From positions 1 through 27,294 of the forward strand of contig JACAFS010000005.1 of the NCBI GenBank assembly GCA_013378385.1: 27,294 nt of DNA, in the 5' to 3' direction. The translations under genes were made by a program, and so were the position numbers. The notes below the pieces were generated by a model, which was given only the letters and a program-made list of their open reading frames with translations, made no database searches and was not told the DNA's origin. Origin of the DNA: Nitrososphaerota archaeon. Lineage in GTDB: Archaea; Thermoproteota; Nitrososphaeria; Nitrososphaerales; UBA57. Below, piece by piece: positions 15,218 to 22,733 of this stretch. The first letter of the stretch is position 1; the number at the start of each line of letters is the position of its first letter.

Positions 15218-17332
15218 TTATTCTTCTACAACGGTTACTTTAGGAACTTTTGAATCTTTAGATTTGTCAATAGATTTTATAATTGTATAATCAGAATTAA
15301 CAAGTTTATTTAATATATCATTTGAAATATTGAAATCAGAAGCAAATTCTTTAAGATATGGGTTTAGTAATTCAATATCAGAGTCGTCAAGTTTACGATA
15401 TTCGATATCAAGATTAACACTATATTTACTTGAGAATAATTTATTAATTGATTCAAATGCCTGTTCTGAGAGTTCTGATTTTAATATATTAAGATTTATG
15501 TCAGAAGCAGATGAGAGTTTCTTGAATAAATCATTGTCAATAACGCCTTTATAATTAAGATAGGACAAATAATTAATAATATCTTCTTTAGGAGGTTTTA
15601 GTCCAATAGAATCAGCGTCTACTTTTCCTCTTACATATATCAAACCGCGCAACATTCCAGTAGCAAGGAAATTACCCACCAATTGTTCTGGTTCGGCAGA
15701 ATCAAGAGAATCAATTCCAAGAACCAATGCAAGACCGCCAGCCATATATTCTCCGAAATAATCGTCTGCGCGATTTCCTACAATAACAACAGGACGGCTT
15801 TCTTCGTATTCACGCATTAGAATAAATGCACGATTTCCAACATTGCCGCGAATGAATATTTTGCCGCCTTGAAGTGCATAACCAATTACATCACGAGTAT
15901 TACCATGAATTGTAATTTTTCCTTCGTACATAGTATCAGCTACATTATCTTCAGCGCTTCCATATACGTTGATGTTAGTGCCTTTATTGAAATTAGCTAG
16001 GCAGTTTCCTGGTGTGCCATAGATGTTTAATTCAGTATCTTTTGGAAGATTAACGCCAAGGTATCTTTGACCTCGTACATTCATTAGATTAACTTGTTTT
16101 GGTCCATCGCTTAGAACGGATTTGATGTTAGTATTCAATTCATATGACGATAGGCCGTTTGAATCAATTATATTCTGAGAGATGTCGTGTGAATTCTCGA
16201 TTTGTACCAGGTCAGAACTAATTGAATCAATTGTATCAGAATCACGTCCAGATTCAATAATACCTTTATTCATTGATGCAAGAACAAATCTTCCAGGTTG
16301 TGGGGTCCAAATATTTGCCTTAGGAGATAACATTCTAATTTGACATTCTTCACTAGCCATGTAAATATAGTCGTCGTCTTCGCCAATTACCACAGGACGG
16401 AATTTAGAACGATCGATTACAGCAAGAAGATATACGTCATTTCCATCGGAATATCCGATAAAAATAGTAAATGGGCCGTCTAATTCAGCACCGCGATAAC
16501 GATATAGTAAATCGCGAATGTATTTTGTTTTATCACTACCCAATCTATAAAGAAATCTATCATATGGATTAGAAAGAATTAAGCCAACATCATTCATTGA
16601 TAAATTTTCAATACGAGATAGATAATCTACAATAAATGCAACAACTTCGCTATCAGTACCTACAAGATTTGTCACTCCGCGGTAATTAAGAAAATTAATA
16701 TTTGAACCAAAAGAACTGATATCACCGTTATGTACAATGGCAGCATTTACATTAGAAAATGGGTGGCACCAAATTGCAGAAGAACCAGGTGAATTAGTAG
16801 GTTGTCGAGTATGAGCAATCCATAAATCAGCAACAGCGTCAGATTTTATAAGACCGGTAGAAGAAGCTACATCAGAAGGATATCCTATATCTTTATAGAC
16901 GTTAACGTAATTTCCTGAAGAGTAAATTCGAGCACGATAATTAGGAATAGAAAATTTATAGTTAATTTCATTAACTACTTGAGCTAATTTTTCTGAATCG
17001 TCGGTACTGATAGTTAAGGATATGTCAAGTGACAGTTCAGAAGCCGCAACTGTTTGCGATTTAATGTCTCTCATAGTAAAACCGCGATCAATTAAAATGG
17101 CCTTTATTTCATCAAAGGTATTCTCATTTTCTACAAATATACTCAATAAGAAATCTTTATTAGAATTTTCAAGGTTAAATGATGCAAAGCCCGCACCAAA
17201 TTTACTACCACGAAATCTAACGCATTCAATACCATCAACAGCTATTTGATTAGGAATTTTAGAAGAGTGTTTTTTCTTTAAAACTGCAAATACTCCACAA
17301 TCATCTTTACTAACTATTTTTGAGTTAATCAA
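15218..17332 (-). CDS. Glutamate synthase-like protein: class II (Ntn) glutamine amidotransferase domain fused to a GXGXG beta-helix domain, plus a C-terminal extension
   Basis: 704 aa. The GATase nucleophile context CGVFAV sits at residue 12, with HTRQPTNSPG and VHNGDISSFGSN. GXGXG repeats span residues ~385-575 (GTPGNCLANFNKGTNINVYGSAEDNVADTMYEGKITIHGNT...GGKIFIRGNVGNRA...GEYMAGGLALVLG). About 129 unassigned C-terminal residues follow. TTG start overlaps the upstream stop (TTGA). Confidence 0.85.
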   Translation of the reverse strand: MINSKIVSKDDCGVFAVLKKKHSSKIPNQIAVDGIECVRFRGSKFGAGFASFNLENSNKDFLLSIFVENENTFDEIKAILIDRGFTMRDIKSQTVAASELSLDISLTISTDDSEKLAQVVNEINYKFSIPNYRARIYSSGNYVNVYKDIGYPSDVASSTGLIKSDAVADLWIAHTRQPTNSPGSSAIWCHPFSNVNAAIVHNGDISSFGSNINFLNYRGVTNLVGTDSEVVAFIVDYLSRIENLSMNDVGLILSNPYDRFLYRLGSDKTKYIRDLLYRYRGAELDGPFTIFIGYSDGNDVYLLAVIDRSKFRPVVIGEDDDYIYMASEECQIRMLSPKANIWTPQPGRFVLASMNKGIIESGRDSDTIDSISSDLVQIENSHDISQNIIDSNGLSSYELNTNIKSVLSDGPKQVNLMNVRGQRYLGVNLPKDTELNIYGTPGNCLANFNKGTNINVYGSAEDNVADTMYEGKITIHGNTRDVIGYALQGGKIFIRGNVGNRAFILMREYEESRPVVIVGNRADDYFGEYMAGGLALVLGIDSLDSAEPEQLVGNFLATGMLRGLIYVRGKVDADSIGLKPPKEDIINYLSYLNYKGVIDNDLFKKLSSASDINLNILKSELSEQAFESINKLFSSKYSVNLDIEYRKLDDSDIELLNPYLKEFASDFNISNDILNKLVNSDYTIIKSIDKSKDSKVPKVTVVEE

Positions 17333-19716
17333 GGAGCTCCACCTGCTTTAATGCCAAGTCGTTTTCGAATTAAGGGATCTAAATCAACAGTGCGGAATAA
17401 TTCTCGATTGCCCAATAATGAATTTTGAACAGAACTAATTCCTGCAGCGCCAGCTAATAATTTAATTTCTTTTTGCATAGCCAAAATAGTATATTCAAGT
17501 TTTTCTCTAGTTTTATCTTGATCAAAATTAGATTCATTGCTATCATTACGAAACTTCTTTGGATCGTAGTTAATTGATAATAAAGCAGCTTTGCTAATTC
17601 CAACTGCATCAGCTCCTAATCCAACTAGTTTGAATATATCAGCTGCCATACGAACGCGGCTTCCTTCAACCAATAAATTAATTTCATTTCTAGCAATCGT
17701 AGTATTTATTCGTGTATTCCGTAAAATATTATCTACTTCAGAAGTGCAGATTGCAAGATCTATTGTATCTTGATTATTCTCAAAGTCCCAATCAATGATA
17801 ATTCCTGTAATCTTTTGTTCTATTACTGATGGAATTAATTTAATAGTTTCTTCGTTAGATGGAAATCTCACCATGATATGAATGTTATTTTTAGATAATT
17901 TTTCAATTTGTTCGATTTCATTATAATCAATAGTTATGCATTTTATTCCAGAATTATTTTTGTTTAAGAATTCAGAATGAGGAATTAAAAGAGATGAATT
18001 CATGGATTCATTGGCTCCATCGAGTAATTTATTCGAATTAAATAACAATCCCATGGAGGATGCTACTTCATAAAAGATTGTTTCGATAGAACCTCCGTCC
18101 GTAAGTCGGCCTAGATAGATAGGGTTAGACAGTCTAATATCTCCATGCGCCAGATATGTTGAAGTTTCAATTTCTTCTCTATAAGGATCAATACTAGGAC
18201 GAGTGACTTGCGCACCGTCAGAACGAATCCAGTCACATACAGAACGCGCTTGATCAACAAAGGGTGCAGAAATTGTTCCCATACTAGTAATTACAGCCTC
18301 ACCTGGATTTCTTCCTGCACTGCCAGAGAGTTCACGAAGTTCGCCTTGAAGAATTGGCGTCCAGTATTCATCGTCAGGCACTTGTTTTTGAATGGGTTGA
18401 GAACCAACTAATGATTTAGATGAGTGATCGAGTTCTACTCCTAAAATATTTGCTGTTTCTTCATGCATGTTATAACCTCGAAGTAAATCTCGTCTTCCAA
18501 CTAGTTCAGATGCAGAATTAAGATTCAATTCTTGTAAAATCCATTTAAATTCTTCAATCCAACCAAGTATCATTTGAGAAGTCCATTCAACTGACTTATC
18601 GAGTGAAAGAACTTTTGTAGGATCGTCTACGAGTTTGTTTGTAAGAAGGGCAGGACAGAAACCAATATGACATTTATGAACCATAAGACATCCTAAACCA
18701 ACCAATGTAGCAGTTCCAGTACTAACACAATCAGCACCTAACGCTAATATTTTAGCAGTATCTTCGGCATTACTAACAGCGCCTGCAGCAATAACAGAAA
18801 AGCCCTTACGTAGGTTTTGTTGAGTTAAGATACGGTCTACCCAAGAAACAACTAGATCTATAGGAAGGCCTACATGATCACGAACTACAGAAGGAGCGGC
18901 TCCAGTACCTGCACCAGAACCGTCAATAATAATTCCGTCTGCACCCATTGCGGCCACACCAGATGCAATATATGGAGTGTAATTAGTACAACCAATTTTA
19001 ACAAAAACAGGTTTACCAGTAGCCTCTTTCAGAGCCCATATTCTTTGACCCAAATCCTCTATAGAATAAATATCGTGATGAGGAGCAGGAGATACAGCAT
19101 CTTTGCCAACAGGTATTCGACGAGCGCGAGAAATTGGACCAGTAACCTTTGATCCAGGCAAGTGTCCACCAATACCAGGTTTTGCACCTTGTCCAATTTT
19201 AATTACAATTCCTTGTCCAGTTTTTAATACGTCAATATCTACACCAAATCTTCCTGAAGCCCATTGAACAGTTATGTTTTTACAGGCCGCTACATCAGGA
19301 TGTAAACCGCCTTCTCCAGTGCCATTAATAACACCAGTAGCGTCAGAAGCACGAGCTAATGCAATATTGGGAATTCCGCTTAAAGCTCCAAATGACATAT
19401 CGCCAAGATATAGTGGTGCAGCTATTCCAATTCTTCCATAGGCGAGTTTTATTCTAGTATCAATATTTTCAATAAGGGACGGATTATTACGTATTTGTTT
19501 AAAATTTTCATTAGATTTAGCAGGGTCAATATCAGAAAATGCAAGTCTATCAAGTACTCTAGAACTTTCAGAATGATCCTCCCATAAATACGCGGCCTTG
19601 CCAGTGAGAGCTAATTCACGAAGATGTTCGATGCGTCGAGCATCCCAAAATTCTTTTTGCTTGGGTTTAGGCATGCGAACGAATGTAGATACTTCTTGAA
19701 CAGATTTAGTCGACAC
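17329..19716 (-). CDS. Glutamate synthase-like FMN-binding (beta/alpha)8 domain protein with an additional degenerate C-terminal barrel-like repeat
   Basis: 795 aa. Canonical GltB FMN-domain motifs: PLYLGDMSFGALS, TGEGG, KIGQGAKPGIGGHLPG, SPAPHHDIYSIEDL and IIIDGSGAGTGAAP. 3Fe-4S ligand spacing C-x5-C-x4-C is read as GCLMVHKCHIGFCP. Residues ~470-795 repeat the barrel pattern without the catalytic motifs. GTG start. Confidence 0.9.
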   Translation of the reverse strand: MSTKSVQEVSTFVRMPKPKQKEFWDARRIEHLRELALTGKAAYLWEDHSESSRVLDRLAFSDIDPAKSNENFKQIRNNPSLIENIDTRIKLAYGRIGIAAPLYLGDMSFGALSGIPNIALARASDATGVINGTGEGGLHPDVAACKNITVQWASGRFGVDIDVLKTGQGIVIKIGQGAKPGIGGHLPGSKVTGPISRARRIPVGKDAVSPAPHHDIYSIEDLGQRIWALKEATGKPVFVKIGCTNYTPYIASGVAAMGADGIIIDGSGAGTGAAPSVVRDHVGLPIDLVVSWVDRILTQQNLRKGFSVIAAGAVSNAEDTAKILALGADCVSTGTATLVGLGCLMVHKCHIGFCPALLTNKLVDDPTKVLSLDKSVEWTSQMILGWIEEFKWILQELNLNSASELVGRRDLLRGYNMHEETANILGVELDHSSKSLVGSQPIQKQVPDDEYWTPILQGELRELSGSAGRNPGEAVITSMGTISAPFVDQARSVCDWIRSDGAQVTRPSIDPYREEIETSTYLAHGDIRLSNPIYLGRLTDGGSIETIFYEVASSMGLLFNSNKLLDGANESMNSSLLIPHSEFLNKNNSGIKCITIDYNEIEQIEKLSKNNIHIMVRFPSNEETIKLIPSVIEQKITGIIIDWDFENNQDTIDLAICTSEVDNILRNTRINTTIARNEINLLVEGSRVRMAADIFKLVGLGADAVGISKAALLSINYDPKKFRNDSNESNFDQDKTREKLEYTILAMQKEIKLLAGAAGISSVQNSLLGNRELFRTVDLDPLIRKRLGIKAGGAP

Positions 19717-19738
19717 AATAATAATGTCAGAAAAGTTC

Positions 19739-19747
19739 TTAATAAAT
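19739..19747. promoter_or_regulatory. Single central TATA-like element (TTAATAAAT) in a 54-bp divergent intergenic region
   Basis: Centre at 19743, which is 27 nt from the GTG of the glutamate-synthase-like operon (19716) and 28 nt from the ATG of the PAC2 gene (19771). It is the only good A/T-box candidate in the spacer. Confidence 0.35.
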
Positions 19748-19770
19748 CAGACCGAAGAAATAATCGTTAA

Positions 19771-20211
19771 ATGAATATTAGAATAAAAACATTGAAAAAG
19801 AGAAAATTCGTCAATCCAATATTAATTTGTGGAATACCCGGCAGTGGATATGTAGGAAAATTGGCAGTAGATCATCTGTTAAATGAATATGAAGCGACTA
19901 CAATATGTGAAATACAGAGTGATTTATTTCCACCGCAAGTATCTACAAACAATGGAATAATAGAAAACATGTCAAATACGATTCATCATATAGAAACAAA
20001 AAAACCAAGAAATGACATATTAATTTTAACAGGTGATACACAGCCAATTACTGAACGTGGGAATTATATTGTTACAGAAAAAATTCTAGAATATGCGCAA
20101 AATTTAGGTATAAAAAAGATATTTACGCTGGCAGCATACATAACAGGAGAATTTGTAAAGGAACCAAGGGTTTTTGGAGCAGCAACAAAAAGAAACATGT
20201 TAAAACATTGA
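19771..20211 (+). CDS. PAC2 (proteasome-assembly-chaperone-like, COG1938) family protein, N-terminal fragment of a frame-disrupted gene
   Basis: 146 aa. NPILICGIPGSGYVGKLAVDHLL...LFPPQV...ILILTGDTQP is the N-terminal half of the PAC2/DUF75 family. It ends at TGA 20209-20211, while the family continues in the -1 frame. Confidence 0.7.
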   Translation: MNIRIKTLKKRKFVNPILICGIPGSGYVGKLAVDHLLNEYEATTICEIQSDLFPPQVSTNNGIIENMSNTIHHIETKKPRNDILILTGDTQPITERGNYIVTEKILEYAQNLGIKKIFTLAAYITGEFVKEPRVFGAATKRNMLKH

Positions 20212-20528
20212 AGAAGTATGGGATCAACATCATGAATCAAGGAATGATAACTGGAATGAATGGAATATTAATTGGAACTGCAAAAATCAGAGGCATAGAA
20301 GGATATTCATTATTAGGTGAGACGTCAGGATATACGATTGACCCCAATTCATCAAGAGCTGTTTTAGAATCATTAAGTAAAATATTAAAAATGGAGATAA
20401 ATCTAGAAAAATTAATCGATAAAATAAATGAATCAAATGAATTAATGAGTCAAGTAGAAGGTATGAAATCAAAAACAGAAGGAATAGAATATTCCAACAA
20501 AGATAATAGTTCTCAATATATTAGTTAA
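20208..20528 (+). CDS. PAC2 family protein, C-terminal fragment (continuation of 19771-20211 in another frame)
   Basis: 106 aa. GMITGMNGILIGTAKIRGIEGYSLLGETSGYTIDPNSSRAVLESLSKIL is the conserved C-terminal half of the PAC2 family. The TTG 'start' at 20208 is probably an ORF-caller artefact: this frame is open upstream back past the A5 run at 20187-20191. Confidence 0.7.
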   Translation: MKKYGINIMNQGMITGMNGILIGTAKIRGIEGYSLLGETSGYTIDPNSSRAVLESLSKILKMEINLEKLIDKINESNELMSQVEGMKSKTEGIEYSNKDNSSQYIS

Positions 20529-20531
20529 CAA

Positions 20532-20813
20532 CTACAGTATTTCATTAGGAATGAATTTAGGGTCAATAATTTTTATAGTTTTTATATTATTTGACATGCC
20601 CTTAATGATTATAACATCAACATCATCTACACGAAAGAATTTAGAAAGTATTTTTATTACTTCAAGATTTGCTTTATTCTTTAGTGGTAGAGATTTTATA
20701 CCAAGAATAATTTGTCCGTCTTCGAATTTTATATAATTATCTTGAAGACCGGTTTTTACATTTATATGAATAATAAGATGATTATTGTCCATTATGATAT
20801 AATTATATAGCAT
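20532..20813 (-). CDS. DUF167 (YggU/UPF0235) family protein
   Basis: 93 aa. IHINVKTG...ILGIKSLPLKNKANLEVIKILSKFFRVDDVDVIIIKGMSNNIKTIKI matches the DUF167 pattern (...G-x-AN-x-(3)-I/L...G-x-(3)-K). The true start may be the second ATG (MDNNHL, 20792). Confidence 0.7.
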   Translation of the reverse strand: MLYNYIIMDNNHLIIHINVKTGLQDNYIKFEDGQIILGIKSLPLKNKANLEVIKILSKFFRVDDVDVIIIKGMSNNIKTIKIIDPKFIPNEIL

Positions 20814-20838
20814 TTTAATAAATTAAGATAGAAAGAAC

Positions 20839-22299
20839 ATGAATGATATTATCAATATAGTGAAAAAGAAATCAGATACAATTTGGGAGATACCTGCAGA
20901 TTATAAACAAGGTATGAACGTTCCTGTTCGGATTTATGCAACAAAACAATTATTAAAATTAATGGATCATCAAGTTATTGATCAAATCACTAATGTAGCA
21001 ACTTTACCGGGAATAATTAATTATGCGTACACAATGCCTGATGCGCATAGCGGGTATGGTTTTCCTATAGGAGGAGTGGCAGCAATGGATTTGAAAGAAG
21101 GTGTAATTTCTCCCGGTGGAATAGGATTCGATATCAATTGTGGAATGAGATTAGTTTTAACAAATTTAACACATAATGATGTTAAGCCAAAACTTAGAGA
21201 ACTTGTTGATCAATTATATAACAAAGTTCCTGCAGGAGTAGGAGGAGCAGGATTTGTAAAGATTAACAAATCAGAATTCAGGGACATAACAGAAATGGGA
21301 TCTACATGGTGTGTGGAAAATGGATATGGTTGGGAAGAAGATCTAGAAAATACAGAAGAGAGTGGAATAATGAAAGGTGCTAGTGCAGAAAAGGTTAGTG
21401 ACGTGGCAATAAAGAGAGGATTAAAACAAATAGGAACACTAGGATCAGGAAATCATTATCTTGAGATACAAGTAGTAAAGCCAGAATACATATTTGATGA
21501 AAAAGCCGCAAAGACAGTAGGAATATTTCCAAATCAGGTAGTAATTATGTTCCATTGTGGAAGTAGAGGATTTGGTCATCAAGTTGCAACAGATTATTTA
21601 AAAAAATTTCTCGGAGTAATGGAAAGCAAATATAATATAAAAATTCTAGATAGAGAACTTGCATGCGCTCCATTTCAATCACAAGAAGGTCAAGACTATT
21701 TTTCCGCCATGCAGTGTGCAATAAATATGTCATTTGTAAATAGGCAAACTATTTTACATAGAATTAGAGAGGTGTTTTCAAAAGTATTCAAAACTGAACC
21801 AGAGAAATTAGGTCTATCAATGGTCTATGATGTAGCTCACAACACAGCAAAAGTTGAGGAGCATGAAGTTGATGGAAAGAATAGAAAGATGATAATTCAT
21901 AGAAAAGGAGCAACACGTGCATTTGGCCCTGGAAGATCAGAGATTCCATTGAAATACAGAAACATAGGTCAACCTGTAATTATTGGAGGAAGTATGGAAA
22001 CAGGATCGTATCTTTTATTGGGGACAAAAGAAGCGCACAAAGAAACATTTGCTAGTACTGCACATGGAAGTGGAAGGATTATGAGTAGAACTAAAGCAAA
22101 GAGAATGTTTAGGGGAGAGACGTTGTATAAAGATATGTTAAAAAAAGGTATATACGTGAAATCAGTTTCATATTCAGGATTAGCTGAAGAAGCAGGAGAT
22201 GCATACAAAGATATTGACGACGTAGTTGATGCGACAGTTAATGCCAAGATTTCAAAACGAGTAGTCCGATTCATCCCTATAGGCAATGTAAAGGGATAA
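20839..22299 (+). CDS. rtcB: RNA-splicing ligase RtcB (3'-phosphate/5'-hydroxyl RNA ligase)
   Basis: 486 aa. Metal-binding and GMP-binding motifs PDAHSGYGFPIGGVAA, FDINCGMR, GSGNHYLEIQ, HCGSRGFGHQ and HRKGATRA, plus the catalytic-His region STAHGSGR. No intein is evident. Confidence 0.95.
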   Translation: MNDIINIVKKKSDTIWEIPADYKQGMNVPVRIYATKQLLKLMDHQVIDQITNVATLPGIINYAYTMPDAHSGYGFPIGGVAAMDLKEGVISPGGIGFDINCGMRLVLTNLTHNDVKPKLRELVDQLYNKVPAGVGGAGFVKINKSEFRDITEMGSTWCVENGYGWEEDLENTEESGIMKGASAEKVSDVAIKRGLKQIGTLGSGNHYLEIQVVKPEYIFDEKAAKTVGIFPNQVVIMFHCGSRGFGHQVATDYLKKFLGVMESKYNIKILDRELACAPFQSQEGQDYFSAMQCAINMSFVNRQTILHRIREVFSKVFKTEPEKLGLSMVYDVAHNTAKVEEHEVDGKNRKMIIHRKGATRAFGPGRSEIPLKYRNIGQPVIIGGSMETGSYLLLGTKEAHKETFASTAHGSGRIMSRTKAKRMFRGETLYKDMLKKGIYVKSVSYSGLAEEAGDAYKDIDDVVDATVNAKISKRVVRFIPIGNVKG

Positions 22300-22301
22300 A
22301 A

Positions 22302-22733
22302 TTGCCATACAAGTATATAGACGATATATCAATGGCAGATGCTGCAATAGAAGTTAATTCAGAGTCATTAGAAGGTATTTTTGTAGATTCAGGCAAGGCC
22401 TTAACAAATACAATGGTAGATGATTTGAAAAGCATTAAAACGAATCAAAAATATACCTTTAAAGTTGAATCACAAGAAAGAGATCTATTATTATTTGAAT
22501 TTTTAGAAAAATTAGTTATAGAAAAAGATGCAAATCAAATGTTATTTAGTGAATTTGAAGTAAAAATTAATCAAACAGATAAAAAATTCATCGTTTCAGC
22601 AATTGCCTATGGCGAACATATAGACTATGATAGACATGAATTATGTGCAGACGTTAAGGCAGTAACATTACATAAATTCAGTCTAACGCAGGAAAAAGAA
22701 AATTGGAAAGCAGAGATGATATTAGACATCTAA
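22302..22733 (+). CDS. Archease (RtcB activator/chaperone)
   Basis: 143 aa, starting 2 nt after the rtcB stop. It aligns by eye with archaeal archeases: YKYIDDISMADAAIEVNSESLEGIF (compare [23 protein letters not shown]), LLFEFLEKLV, FSEFEVKI, VKAVTLH, and it ends ...ILDI. The TTG start is needed to keep the conserved N-terminus. Confidence 0.85.
   Translation: MPYKYIDDISMADAAIEVNSESLEGIFVDSGKALTNTMVDDLKSIKTNQKYTFKVESQERDLLLFEFLEKLVIEKDANQMLFSEFEVKINQTDKKFIVSAIAYGEHIDYDRHELCADVKAVTLHKFSLTQEKENWKAEMILDI

Noticed and set aside
20185-20193. Canonical programmed -1 frameshift site in the PAC2 gene
   Set aside because: In the zero frame the sequence is ACA AAA AGA. This is not an X-XXY-YYZ heptamer, because the A-site codon AGA cannot re-pair. 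I also see no obvious downstream stem-loop or pseudoknot. Single-tRNA slippage on the A5 run remains possible, but an indel (real or a sequencing error) is the simpler explanation, so I report it only as a frame disruption.
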